A DNA stretch of 64,000 nt from Selaginella moellendorffii (Eukaryota > Plantae > Lycopodiophyta): assembly GCF_000143415.4 (NCBI RefSeq), contig NW_003314375.1, positions 186,001 through 250,000 on the forward strand, written 5' to 3'. This document shows, in pieces, positions 50,255-63,433 of this stretch. The notes beneath the pieces were generated by a model that was not told the origin of the DNA, did not search any database, and saw only the letters and a program-made list of their open reading frames with translations. How positions within the stretch are numbered: the stretch's first letter is position 1; the number at the start of each line of letters is the position of its first letter. Made by a program: the position numbers and the translations under genes.

Positions 50255-51829
50255 TTCGCCTTTGCTGTAAGTGAGACAACGTTGCAGGATGGTTTTGTAT
50301 CCCAGCCTCCACTGGATGGCGAGCTTGTGCCTCTCGACTCCGCATGAACCAGAGCTTGTACTCTTTTCCAGCTGTTCCAGAGCTCTCTCGTCTTGCTCTA
50401 TCGTCGTTGGAAGTTTCTCCAGAAGCTTTTGGCACTTCTTTTGCAGCCAGAGGAAAACAAGCTGGTCGCTCTCTCTGGAAATTGGCAAGCCTTGAGACGC
50501 CATGTAGCCGTGTGACTTTCGTAGAGAAGCTGGAACGGCACGAAGTCTTAGTTGCTGTAGCAACGAAAACGAAGGCTTCCCGCTTGCCTCTATACAATAA
50601 GCTGCGAGGTTGTGTTGTCTTTCGCTTTTGTCTCCGGTACTTTTGAGCCCGAATTCCTCCGAGCTTGGCAGTGGAATGTAAATCACGTCACAAGGATTAT
50701 CCGGTAGCAAAAATCCGTAGTGTTCGAGAAGCTCCAAGTTCGTGTACTGCCCGTAGCAAATGAGAGCCTGGAAACGCCAAATGAGACTCTTGACAAGAGT
50801 GCAAAGAGAAACAGACCTGCTGGCCATTTTTGTAGCTCCTCCGCGCATAGAAACAGTAGGAACTGATGGAAGTTTCATAGCCACCATCAGTGAGCCTGCT
50901 CGTAAACTTGTGCTCGTCGTCCTCATTTCTCGAAGACAGAGTTCTTTCTATCGGTGCGTCGTAGTTGAAGAGATCGCCGATGGGACATAGCACGCCTGCG
51001 TCATCCCATGGGACGTGTAGCGTTCTGGATGATATCTGAATCGCAAGAACAAACTAGATAAGAGATCATTTGTGAAAATCTGAAGGCAACTCACGGTAGC
51101 AGCGGCCCAAAGCCAGGCCTTGAAAGTAGTAAACTTACGTGGGAGGCGAAGACGTGAAAGCAATGAGGACGTCTCCCTCCACTGTCTCTGAGTGTCTTCG
51201 AAAGACGATTTTGCCATCGAGATCGCATCCTCCACCTATGACAATGTTAGTTAGAAACAAGATGACAAGTGAAAGAAAAAGACCTGCAGTTCTTCAGCTT
51301 CCATTGCGGAAAAATGAGGTAGATTGTGATGAACTTGAGGATTATGGCGAAGATATGAAAACCACCGAGAGGAGCGAGACTTGGCAACTTCGCTCAAGAG
51401 ATACGCCGTCAAGATCTTTAAACAAGAAAACGAGATAATGCTGGAGAAAATACTGGAAAGAATCTTCTTCTACGCACAAATCTATCAAGTTCTAATAGAA
51501 AACAAAGAACTTTACCTGTACAGAAGACAAATGCGCGAAATCCACCAGCACTTTTCCAAACTCGGGATCTTCCCTCGCGCAATGGACACCAATCAAAGCA
51601 GCAAATGGAACTCTGAGAATCATCTCACCCTGCTCCACATTCCGAGCCACACCCAGACCTCTCCTACATACAATACAATTCGATCACGATAAATTTCCCA
51701 TCTAAAAACTCACCCGCCTTGATCCGGGAACACGGCAATCTCCAGCGTATCCCCAAACTGCGAAGATCCTTGGGAGGAGTCGCTGATTCCAAACGAAGCC
51801 GCGCATTCCAGGAGCTCCCTGGCCTCCAT
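50237..51829 (-). CDS. SDG40: SET-domain protein-lysine methyltransferase, SDG40-like (LSMT/SETD3 class), multi-exon
   Basis: FPDQGGRGLGVAR, AWLWAAATISSRTLHVPWDDAGVLCPIGDLFNY, RLTDGGYE, YGQYTNLELLEHYGF, LPTTIEQDE. Confidence 0.88.
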
Positions 51830-51896
51830 AGCTTAGGGCAAACTAAGTAGCGATGAAAAGCAAATAAAAAAATGGAGGGAAAGAGAAAAAGAGAAA

Positions 51897-51968
51897 AGGT
51901 CCTACCGAGACTTGAACTCGGGCTACTGGATTCAGAGTCCAGTGTCCTAACCACTAGACCATAGGACC
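51897..51968 (-). tRNA. tRNA-Gln (CTG)
   Basis: GGTCCTATGGTCTAGTGGTTAGGACACTGGACTCTGAATCCAGTAGCCCGAGTTCAAGTCTCGGTAGGACCT folds as a full cloverleaf and is followed by T runs. Confidence 0.97.
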
Positions 51969-52172
51969 AGATACCGGTAGCAAAACCACTTTACCTTCCA
52001 CATTGTTACCGCTACAGTGGTGATGCTAATCTTCGCTTTAAAACCATGGCGAGATCCAATCTTTGCTTGCAAACCAACAATGATTAAATCCCATGCTCGA
52101 ACCACGACATCCATAAAAGAGCTCCATCTTTTGGCAAAGTTTGCGATATTAGAAGCATTGACAAGCATTGAA

Positions 52173-52926
52173 ATGGCGGAGTTGAAGGTAAAGTTATACC
52201 GAGCGAGAACACACCAGACATGGTCTCTCTCTTGCTTTGCTCGTTTAGACGATGACGCTCAAGATCCTCACCAAGTCCAATCGCGGGCGATACAAGATAA
52301 CAAACGAGCTGTGCAAAGTTCCAGGTGGGGATCGTCATCGAGAGATTGTAAGAGCTTGAATTTGATGATGTTTCTTTCCTTCCAGGAGTGAAGAACATCG
52401 TGGTGGATCTCGAGGAGCAAAAGATGACCGTCACGGGGCACTATGAGCAAGAAAACCTGCTCAAGAAAGTTGCAAAGTTTAAGAAGCTCGTCCAGGTCTG
52501 GCCCTCTGATCCTCCGCCACCGCCACCACAGCCGGACAATCCAATGCCTTCGGTACGCTAAAGATCACATCTCTGATCCTGCGATCGAGCTCAAATTCAG
52601 AGAAAGATATTCTCATTTTGCTTTTCAGATCATCGAGCTCAAGGTGGCTTTGCATTGTCCCGGATGCCAACGAAGAGTTCTAGCAGCGTTATGCGAATTG
52701 CGAGGTAAAAGAATGCTCCAATATGGATTTGTAAGCAAGAGGCTTGATCGTTTCTTCCACTCCAGGAGTTGAAAAGGTAGACACAGACATGGAGAAGCAG
52801 CGTGTTGTAGTAACAGGCCATGTCGATCCGGACTCGTTGCTTAGAAAGATCGCGAAAACGAAGAAACGAGCACAAATTGCCTCGGTGACGCATCCCCCGC
52901 CTCCGGAAGCCCAGAAGGAAGAGTGA
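52173..52926 (+). CDS. Heavy-metal-associated (HMA) protein with two HMA-like domains, no CaaX (HPP type)
   Basis: Domain 2 reads IELKVALHCPGC...GVEKVDTDMEKQRVVVTGHVD; domain 1 reads GVKNIVVDLEEQKMTVTG and lacks CxxC; Pro-rich linkers. Confidence 0.85.
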
Positions 52927-53209
52927 TCTTCGCTTAGAATCCATAAACCCTAAAACTAGCAGCTCAAATCCAAAAGAAATACCTTCGCGCGCGAAAATGC
53001 TTTCCATTTTCTTCTTAGCTAGGTTTTATAGAGATTAAGAAATTAGGGTTCTTATTCTTCCTCCTCGACGACGGATCCACCGACACGAGAATGTAAGAAT
53101 CGAGAGATAGATTTCCTCCTCCTTGCCGCAGCTTACAATCGATCCATCGCGCTTGCGCAGGTCGCCGTGATCCCGGGCGCCTGCCGGCGGCCGATGATGT
53201 AGTGCGCCG

Positions 53210-54360
53210 ATGGGCCTCTCGAGATGCTTGACGCTCCCGATCCTGGCATTCCTCGTCCTGCTGCTCTCGAATTATTACATCGTCGTGGTCTTGGCGCTCC
53301 AGCCTTGGATCGGCGTGCCAGCTTTGCTACATGCGCTGCTCTTCACGCTGCTCAACGTGATGATCCTCATCTCTCACGGGCTGGCTGTTCTTCGTGATCC
53401 CGGACAGGTGCCAGCGAATTACTCTCCCGATCTAGAGACCGATCAGAGCACTGTCTTGAAGGTTAGAGATTTTTTCACTCGGATTGAGAAGCTTTTCTTG
53501 AACTTTCTCTTTGTTCTTCTTCTTCCAGGGAAAGGAGAGAAGGTTTTGCGAGAAATGTGGCCTCTACAAACCGGCTCGAGCTCATCACTGCCGGATTTGC
53601 AAGCGTTGCATTCTGCGAATGGTACTTTTGAGCTCTTTTCTTCTCGACCTTTTCGACTTTGGCGTTAAGAATGCGCTGTTTCTCGACAGGATCATCACTG
53701 TTCTTGGCTGAATAACTGCGTTGGCCACCGAAACTACAAAGCGTTTCTCCTCCTCGTCTTCTACCTCTTCTTGGGGTGCTCATACTCTCTGGCCATCTTT
53801 GGAGGATCAACTCTAAACAATTCGTCAACGTATCAGTTCTGGAAGGTACACACACATTCGTGACGCGATGGAAGCAAAGTTCACTTGTCTCGTGCGTTTC
53901 TTCTCGCAGGTCATGTACGGCGTTTGCCTGGTGGTGGGAGTTTTGATCTTTGGATCAATGCAAGCTTGGTATGCATATCTCCTCGTCCAAAACAAGACTA
54001 CGATCGAGGTTCGCTTCATTCTTACTCATGCATTCCAGCTTTTTGCAAGTTTTTCTCTCGTCATTTAGTTTCATCAAGGGAAGAGGGAAGGCTGGATCGC
54101 AGTGAAGGCTGGTCAAATCTACAGGCATCCGTATGATCTGGGGCTTCTTGCGAATCTAATCAATGTAAGCTTCATGTTTCGTGCCTGCGTTCTTTTCTCT
54201 TTTTTTTTTCGTCGTTCTATCTTTTATTCGTTCCCAGGTTTTGGGACCAAAGACAAAGTATTGGCTGTGTCCAATGTCTGTTGGGCACATCGGCTCTGGC
54301 TTGTGGTCGAGAACTCTCTCCGAGACCCATATCAACAACATTCTAGCTGATTCTAGCTGA
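53210..54360 (+). CDS. DHHC protein S-acyltransferase, multi-exon
   Basis: [65 protein letters not shown]. Confidence 0.93.
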
Positions 54361-54477
54361 GGAGAAAAAGAAGAAAAAAAAAAAACAGAGAAAACGCGAA
54401 AGTTTTGTTTAGGAGTGATCGAAACAATGTTTCTCGTGAAAAACTATGAAGAAAGTTTTGAGGAAGTCTACTATGTC

Positions 54478-54986
54478 TTACCCAGAAAAGAATCGTTTCC
54501 AGGATTGCCAAGGTAAAAAACCTCCTAAAAGGGGAAAAAAAGAAAGAAAAAGAAAAGAAGAAAGAATCAATCCAGCATCCTTGGAACTCAAGCACTGACC
54601 GCAAGAGTTGCATCTAAAGTAATACTGCTCTCGCCGGACAAGCCCAGAGCCTTTACAAACTTTACATCTCCTTTGAGCTGCCTGAAATTCCAGAAATCCA
54701 CAATGAAATATTTGTCTAGAAATCACTCACAATCCTCTTGCTGAATTCGATCCCAGCCACAACAAATGGAGTCACCCCAGCTGCAGGACAATCCAAACTG
54801 AGCAGAAACAACGGGGCAAAGCAAAATGGTACCAATCGCCCCCACGCCAATTTGCCATGTAAGTTGGGGATCCTCTGCTACTGTAGCGGCAATTCTTTCC
54901 ACTTCCACTGCCCGTGTTCGAGAGCGTATAGCAGGTTTTCCAGGATGTGTGAAGCCAGTAGGGGACGCAACAAACAAGGAAACCAT
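54478..54986 (-). CDS. Small, probably plastid membrane protein with DnaJ-like CxxCxGxG zinc ribbon (4 exons)
   Basis: WQIGVGAIAGVTPFVVAGIEFSKRI, AQRRCKVCKGSGLV...RCNSCGGFLPWQSWKRFFSG*. Confidence 0.8.
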
Positions 54987-55284
54987 AGTGATTAGGTTGA
55001 ATGTTTGAGCATCAATATTTCTTATATTTGCTGATTTTTCAAGAAAAACTTTAAAGGTTCAAACCTTTGTTTGTACAGCCCTAAATCAAGGTGATGGGAG
55101 ATAAAGTGGTTTCTCCATAGCCTCGATAAGGAGGAAAGGGCTTGGGCAGTTTGCTAGAAATAAGGAATCTCCTATTGGGTATCGCTCCCCAATGACTTGA
55201 ATCATTGGGTTCCTCGGGTGCTGGAGAACACGATCCATATCTTCCGTCGAATTAGTTTCTCAATAGCATTGACTTTGACTTTCA

Positions 55285-56440
55285 GGCTCCATTGACTAAG
55301 TTGTGCCCTAGGACCTTCTTTTCGGGGAATGCCTTATCCCACTTGGCTAGACTTTGGAGGATTTGGTAAAGGAGAGGGTAGCGGGAAAATGTCATCTTCC
55401 CAGTCTGGCAAGAGCACTCTCCTCGCAGCAATAAGTTGTAGACTGAAGGAGTTAGGATATCTGGTGGTGCTCACAGCTCTCAACGAGGCAATGGTGGATG
55501 CTGCCAACAACAAACTCAAAGATGAGAGAGCTGCTGCAAACGACTTTTACGACGACGAGATGTGTGAGCAGATTACGAAGAACAGGGCACAGGTAGACTG
55601 GTGCAGCTTTGGTAACAGATCTTTTCCGAGCTCATGGAACACGGGTGGTGAGCAGCAGATTGTGTGGTCACATATTCTGAACAGCGTACAGTGGGATGTC
55701 AGTCTACAATCTTCTGGCCAGATTGAGAGAAGCCAAGCAAGAGTGTATTGCACGGAGTCCATTGGGAACTTACAAGCTGGCTAGCTTCTCCCTGTGCGGC
55801 TTGCCAAGGCTAAGCTCTTTGATAGGTAGTCATAAATTGAGGGAACCAGCCACACGAACCGTGACAGACCTTCACCGCTTTCCAGGCAGATTGAGAAGGA
55901 AGACTGGCAGGTGAACAAGGAGCAGGTTGGAAGAATGTTGGCAGAGTTTGCTCGGGATCGGAACTTCCTCTTCGAACTGGACGAAGATTCGGCAGGGAGT
56001 CAAAAGGAACGCCATGGGGAAGATATCGAGCAATATAGTAAAGCTCACGTCTGGCGAGCTGGTTCAGCGAATATCCATTAGGACTGTCAAGCAGTGGCTA
56101 AAGGCTGTGCACAGCAAACGTCTTCAGTCTCACATTGTCTTCAACAACACGGGTCCATGGTGGGCTCATTCCAAAGATTGGTAGTTATTCTGACGAGGTC
56201 AAGCACGTCAATATGGCTTGCATAGAAACCATGAATGGTTTAGCTCCTGTGGATACTTTGGATACTATTCTGGAAGCCATTGATGATGGAATCAGGGCTG
56301 AAATCAGTTCGTTTCATCTCGAGCAGCTGGTTGAAAGCTAGTTCACTTCTATTGAAAACCTTCCGCCTCCAACAGATTCGCTGCTCACCGTCTTTGTGTA
56401 TGCCATCACTTTTATGGATCCCCATCCGTTCTTAAGCCCC
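55285..56440 (+). pseudogene. Decayed P-loop NTPase / SF1 helicase-like fragment
   Basis: QSGKSTLLAAI...VVLTALNEAMVD (Walker A + motif Ia-like) and a frameshifted VVI-DEV (Walker B-like) near 56180-56200; multiple stops. Confidence 0.45.
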
Positions 56441-57537
56441 AAGTCGCTCAATTCAAACGGGCAGCCTTCAGATTACAGTATCCAGTTACAGTTCTTCAGG
56501 GGGCTTTTGATTAAGACTGAATATAGTCCATCTACATAAGTATTGGTCTTTACCCTAATTAATCTTCTTGTCCTTACCACAATGATTGATTAAAAAATGT
56601 ATTATTTACTTATCATTTTGAAATATATAGGTGAAGCAACAGTTTTTCCTTGTTGGATACATGGCAACAAATATGTGATTGCACATGAAAGCATTATATA
56701 TTTACACATGTGCTATTATCATGGGGTATGCCATGTATGCATGGGGTATAATATTTCAAATTGCTACATAAGCATTATACCACATCATCTTAGACAACAT
56801 AAGATTAGTGCAATGTTAATGAACCTTTTTTTCTCATTCTCATATATTGTGATCATCTTTCTCTTTTTATTTTTCACTATTGTAACTCATTTATCTCAGT
56901 TATGGCTCATTTATCACAGTGTAGTGCCCCCTAATATAAGCACCATTCTTCAATTAATTAATTGCACTTCCCATTTCTCACAGTTTATTTGCAGTGTGGC
57001 ACCTCAATCTAACACAGTGGTGAGTATAATAGATTGGAGCACAGCAGCAAATGCAATTGGAGTGTGGTAGTGAGGGTGATTGAATAGAGCATGGTGGTGA
57101 GTTTGATCAATTAGAGTGTGAAGACAAAACATTTTTTTAGGTGTTTGAACCATTAAGTGTGGTGGTTTTTGGCATTGCATACAGAAATTTCTTCATTCAT
57201 TGCAAACCTAATTGGTCTCAAAGTGCTTTTTATTACCTTCACTAAGGAGTGCCCCAATAATGAACTCAGTCCATAAGGTGTTTAAAATCTAGCTTATGCA
57301 CTAAAAAACAAGCCTTAACCCAAACTTTAAACCTTGCTAAAAAAAATTTGATGTGGAGATATAACATAAAAAATTGTATACCCAATATGGTGTTAATATG
57401 GACTTTGCTATGTATATGTGGTTGGCATTAAATGTATAAGAAAAAATTTGTGGTTAAAACATTATTTTGTGAGTCACACATATATGTTTTAATAATTTAA
57501 GTACATTGTGTTTTTTTTTCATGTGCAAAATTTTTTA

Positions 57538-57900
57538 CTAGGCCACCCACCCCAAGTACACCTCTCTCTCTTGGGAGGTGTACCTCCCCCCAAAATTCAG
57601 ATTATAAATTGCTTGTAATAGATACAAGTTGATAATTTTTAGTTTTTAGATGGTTTTTTAGCAAGGTGGTAATGGATATACCTAAAATATACTTGAATAT
57701 TCTAGGATATTCTACCATCTAACAGTTGTTATTCATTTAGATTAATCTTGTATCTATAATTTATAAACATGTTTATAATTTACAAACTTTCTTAAACCCT
57801 TTTTAGTATTTTTTTTTATTCTATAATCTAACAGTTGATATGTAATAAGATTAATCTTGTGTTTATAAATTACAAACATGCTTCTTTATTTTATCAACTG
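57538..57900 (-). mobile_element. Possible non-autonomous Helitron 3' end
   Basis: On the minus strand, a 9-bp-stem hairpin (gtacacctc 57556-57564 / gaggtgtac 57575-57583) lies 14 nt before CTAG followed by T; it adjoins the dispersed AT-rich repeat. Confidence 0.45.
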
Positions 57901-58714
57901 GATTAATTAGTAATAATAAAAAGTAGACAAATTATTGATTACATTAGAATTAGAGAAAATTTATGGAAGTTTAGATTGGATATCAATAATAAACCAAAAC
58001 AAGTAAATTAAACAAGAATTAGAGAAAGTTTACAGAGAAAGTCTTCCTTTAGATTGGAATATATTTAATTATTTTGATTCACAAACTATTGCTAAAACTG
58101 ATTAAGCTCAAGCTAACATGGCATGTCCAAGCTTTTTCCCAAAATACTTTATCTACGGGCCTCACCGCCAATCTGGGACGCGTGTTGCCATTTTGGCCGC
58201 TGGTCGTCGGCACGCCAAATGACCTCACCCCGCCATCACCTCAGTGACGCCAGCAAAAAAAGATCCGGCCCGCATAATTCCCCGCACATTTTCCACACCG
58301 TGCGAGCGGTGATTGTGCGTACGGCGGGCCATGCGCATGCATTTGACTGACACATGTTTTTACTGTTACCTTGTAGAAAAAGGCCAGGCGAGTGTGGCAT
58401 ATTCACGTACATTCGCCCTTTACTTTTAGCCGAACAGCTGTATGTGCTGACTCATCGGATGGAGCCAATGCGAATGACCCAGCGGGGGGAAAACGATGGC
58501 CACCAAAAAAAATAAGCGAGGTAACTCTGGATAAAAATTTTAATCCAGGGAGCTGGAGTGTTTAAATTGCGAGCTAGGCTCACTAGGAAGCATTTTGGAA
58601 GCCCGCGAAATTTCCATCCAAAGAAAGAGGAGTGGTAAGTGTAGCGAGCGAGGAAGAAAGAGTGAGAAAAGAGAGAGGATTCTCCCTTCTTTGCGAAGGG
58701 ATCGAGCGAATTGG

Positions 58715-60012
58715 ATGGAGCACAATTCGAAGAAGGCTGTGAATTCACTGCAGCTCCCGCCGGGCTTTCGATTCCACCCCACGGACGAGGAGCTGGTCGT
58801 GCATTACCTCGCTCGCCGGGCGGCGTCGCGGCCATTCGCAGTGCCAATCATCGCGGAGGTGGATCTCTACAAGTTTGATCCGTGGGATCTCCCGGACAAG
58901 GCCTTGTTTGGCGAGCGCGAGTGGTACTTCTTCAGCCCTCGCGATCGAAAGTACCCGAATGGAGCTCGGCCCAACCGCGCAGCCGGGTCGGGCTACTGGA
59001 AGGCCACTGGCACCGACAAGCCCATCTCCAGCGATGGATGCAAAGTGGGCGTGAAGAAGGCGCTGGTGTTCTACAGGGGACGAGCGCCCAAGGGATCGAA
59101 GACGAGCTGGATCATGCACGAGTATCGATTGGCCGACGCCAGCGGCGCCAGCAATCGATTGAGCTTGCGCAAGAAGGGATCTCTCCGGGTAAGTGATAGA
59201 GCCTTGTGTTTTCTTGAGCGTTCTATGTTATATTATATGGATCTGTGTTCTTGGATCAATCTCTCGCGAGGGAGAGGTTTTTTCGGCAATCGCGGGATGG
59301 GTTTTGATGGGTTTTTCTTCCTCTTTCTTTTGGTCAGCTGGACGACTGGGTTCTCTGCCGGATCTACAAGAAGCAATCGAGCGATTGGAAGAGCCCCGCG
59401 GCCTCACAAGAAGCGCCAAGCCGCGAGAACGTGAAAATGGACGCGGACGATGAGTCGTGCCTGGAGGAGGTCCTGGCGTCCCTGCCCGACATTGACGATT
59501 CCAAGATTTGCTTGCCGAGGCTGGGCTCTTTCACCGCCATGCTCTCGAACGAGCAACAAGGCGATCAGGCTCAAGCCAATGGATCCCTTGGAGCGAGAGG
59601 AATTGGATCCGCCACGAGCTTCACTGCAAACAGTGGAGCGCCTTTGATCGATCAGCTCAAATTCCACAACGCTTCCTCAGCTCTAAACTCCAGTGATCCT
59701 GTAGTGGATAATTGTCTCCTGGATACTCGGTACAATGATCTTCCCACTCTCAGCCTCTATAACAACAGCTCTAGAACAAGTGATCACCACCACCACCAAC
59801 AACACATCCTGGATCAAAAGCCCACAATCTCTCCGGAGCAAATGTTCTATCTCAAGAATTTCCCCAACTCGAGGCCGCATTCGCAGGGGATTTTCCAAAC
59901 CCCCAGCTCGATCGAGGATGGAGTCCAAGGTTCCTGCAAGAACCAAGTAATTTACTCGGACAGGATCAACATGGTAAATTTCCCAGGTTATTTCTTCCAA
60001 CACAAGAGCTGA
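58715..60012 (+). CDS. NAC transcription factor (ATAF/stress-NAC-like), 2 exons
   Basis: [15 protein letters not shown]...[21 protein letters not shown]...WIMHEYRL; intron 59189-59337; [12 protein letters not shown]...[13 protein letters not shown]. Confidence 0.96.
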
Positions 60013-60498
60013 AAAATTAAAAAAGGTGGTGGCGTAAATTAAAAAAGGTTTGCTATACATTTTTTATTCGGTTTTTTTTTTGTAAAACTTCCTTTTTTGT
60101 GGAGATCATTATAAGCAAAACGTGTAATTCGAAGATCATAGCCATGTTTCACTCGCGAGAAGATGCCAGACAAGAGATATGCCTGTGCGTTTTCAAATGG
60201 TCGGGAGATCATCCAACGCTCTTTCTAGAATCCTTTTTCTTTTGTTTTTGCTTGTCTCCGGATACGGCAGCTTCCACCTCCACATCGGAAATCTCATCGG
60301 AAATCTGATCCTCCACGGGAAACGCAGATCTGCTTTACACTATCCAGTTGGATCCCGCATCGAGCTAAGAAAATAGTTGAAATCGATCGACCACCAGCGA
60401 GAATGCTGCTGTTTGTCTGTTGCCACTGTACACTTGGTTTGCGAATCCGCAGAAAGAATTTTAGAAGAGAAAAATGAAACCAGCTTACTCGGGCTCTG

Positions 60499-63392
60499 TC
60501 AAACTCTCTCGTAGAAAAGGAGGTAGGCCTCGCTTCTCAAAACTTGATCCAGCGTTGTTCTTCGCACGTCCGAGTCGCTGATATAGTACCAAAAATTCTC
60601 CTTGCCATCCCCGGCGCTTCCTCCACGGACAAACGCGACGTAATGCCCGCCTTTCATGGTGCCCGAGTGCTCCACGACTCCGACCAGGCGATATAAGCCG
60701 CCATCCCTGCAAAACAAGCGGACAAAAGGCATCATTAGTTACACACGACATTCCAGCAAAAGAACCAGAAAGCCATGGAATAGGAAAACGAAAAGGGAGG
60801 AAGAAAAAACAAAGGCGCTTACCTGGAGGTGCTGAGAAACGGGCTCAAGTTGAGAAGCTCGTCGAATGCTACGTGACCCGTGAGCTTGCTCAGTCGTCCA
60901 CGCATGTCTTGGGCGAATCGCTTCAGGTGAACCGTCAACACCGGAGGCGCCTTTCGTATAACTAGCCGCTTTGTCGCCTTTCTCTTTACCAAAACTTTGG
61001 TGCTGCTGCTGCTGCTGCTGCTGCTTCCTCCCTTGTGTGCCTGTTTCGTTTTTGGCTTGCCACAAGACGTATCATTCCCGTCTTCGTCCTCGCCTTTCTC
61101 CTCCATGCTGCATGGACCTGCTTGAGATGACGTCGGTTCCGTCCCTCGAGCTTCAGCGTCACAAGTAGGACCGTCCTCATCCCCATCAACAGTCGTTGAA
61201 TCCGCCGAGTCAGAGGACCTCCGTGTGCAGTTGTCGCAGCCCCACGCATTCTCACCGGAGAGAACTTCCAGCTTGGTAAAAGCCTGGAGGCATCCCTCCA
61301 GAGACTTTGCCGTGATGCTCTTCTCGATGATGTCTTCAATCTCTTCCGTTTCCTCCACACTTGCGGCGTTCGTACTGCTTGTCCCAGGGCGCTCCGCGCA
61401 GCCTAACACAGTGACCGAAGTGCTAGCCTCCTCCTCGAAAAAAAGTTCTGCTATACCATCAACCTCGCTAGGCGCAAGCATCTCCCAGCCGTCCTGTACG
61501 TTCGATGGTGCTTGATTGTCACCTTCCCAGTATGGCAGTAAAATCACTGCAGGAGGGCCCGCAGAAGGCAGCCCCTCCGAATTATCTACGCTATCTTCCA
61601 CACCTGTTATAGTCACATCGGCCACTTTCGAAAGGTCGTCTTCCTCTTTCCCCACTTTCGAAAGGTCTTCTTCCTCTTTCCCGGGTAGAGCTGCTATAGT
61701 TGTAACACCTTCACCTACAATGTTATCGGCATTATCTGCTTCCTTTTCTTCACCTCCCAGAGGACCTGATGTAGTTGCATCGACTTCTGCCACTGCCTTC
61801 CCTTCATCACGGAGTTCCGAGCCACCTTCTTCGGCCACCGTAACCTCTAGCCGATTCTCATCGTGGTCGGAAAACTGCTGTTGAGAAGTGACATCTACAA
61901 AGTCGTCCCCTACGTAGTCCAGCCACGAAAGGTCATCCATCACACTTCCTGTTTCTGCTTGTTTCTCTACGGCCGTCTCGCTGATCTTTTCACCGATGTT
62001 TTTCTCGCTCTTGATCTGGAAAGAAGCTTTCGGCTGCAATACTTTCCTTTTCCTTTCAAGTGCCTTCTTCGCTTTGGCCTCCCTCTTCGAGCATGCGTTG
62101 TTTGTTTGCACCTTGCTTGCTACCTTGAAAGTGCTTGTTGTTCCCTTGGAGCTGTGTGACAAAGGGATTGGCAAAGAAACGTCAAGAAAAGGTTCCAAAA
62201 CTGACGAAGAATGGCCGCACTCACAGCAGGTAACCGTGCTCGCAAACTGTCCGCCGAAGAGATGGTCGACGAACGTATGATCTTCTTTTCCGTTGGCTGA
62301 GTTCTTCTCCTCCGACTCTTTATGTTTCCCCTCGACCTGAAGACCGTCGAGAAGGCATCGCAGCAACTCGTGGCTATCCTGTTGGTGATAGCCAGAAAAC
62401 CGAGAAGACTTCGAACACAGCGCTCCAAACAAACCCTTCGGATTATACGTAGTATAGTCGCGATGCCGCTTCTTGGCATTCCCCGAGAACGCTTCCAGAT
62501 TGTCACCATTGATCTCGAGGAAGAACCTCCTCAGCGCAGACGTGAGAGGTCCCTCGGAAGCACCAGCAGCGACAGGATTGAGAAAGTAGTCCTTCAAGTA
62601 CCTGACCGCGAGCAAGTTTTGCATGACCGAGTTGAAGAAGCACGTATTCCCCAAGTTGACGAGACCCCGGACGATCCCATTCTTCGGTGACGAGCACTCC
62701 ACTGAAGTAGAAGTAGCGGAACGAGCAGCACTCACGCTCTCGTTCTCCTCCTTTCCTTTCCCAGCACCATCACTTTCACTCATCCAGCTCTCCTGGATCA
62801 GCCTCACTGCCTGCTGCAGAAGCTTTCCCCTGGCTCCGAGACCAGGAAAACCACCTATGATCGAAGCCTGCGTCGCGATACTTCCCTGACAATCCAAGCA
62901 CCATATAGAACTCACATCCCCGCATTGAAGAACGAAAGGATGCCTGTTCCTCCTAAAGTGCTCGATAGCATGACCATGTCCGAGAGGGAGCTGGACTGCC
63001 GACGAAGTCTCCTCCACAGACTTAGCACACCCGACGTGAGCACAGGCCAGGCAAAACCACAGCGAGGAGGAGTCCTCGTTCTCTTGCTGGTTCTTCTTTC
63101 GATTCACCGGCTTCTTCTTCCCATCCTTTGGCTGCTTCTTAGAGCAATCCAGGCAGTTCTGCGAGGCGGCCTCTCGCAGCTTCTCCCCGAGCTTCTCGAC
63201 ATCCACCCCGCGGGTGAAATGCCGGCACTTGACCGCCTGTTCTAGCTCCAATCCATCGCCATTCCTATGCTCGACAGGAGCTGATTCCACTGCTGGAGAT
63301 GGAGATTCATCGCTACACTCACCAGAGGGCTGCTGATCCGGCCGCGGTGGACGAAATCGCTGCTGCGGCCTCCTCTTCGCTTTTTTGGGCAT
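60499..63392 (-). CDS. UBP2: Ubiquitin-specific protease with ZnF-UBP (UBP1/UBP2, USP16/45 clade), 2 exons
   Basis: Zn[15 protein letters not shown]; Cys box [16 protein letters not shown]; QQDSHE; His box [17 protein letters not shown]; EAYLLFYER. Confidence 0.93.
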
Positions 63393-63433
63393 AATCCCTA
63401 GGGCCAAGACCCTAAAAAAAAAGAGAGTAAAAT

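Noticed and set aside
56597-57070. 157-aa ORF
   Set aside because: Low-complexity AT-rich sequence without motifs; probably TE debris.
61622-61681. 30-bp tandem duplication in UBP ([10 protein letters not shown] x2)
   Set aside because: In-frame expansion within a disordered acidic insert; ordinary.
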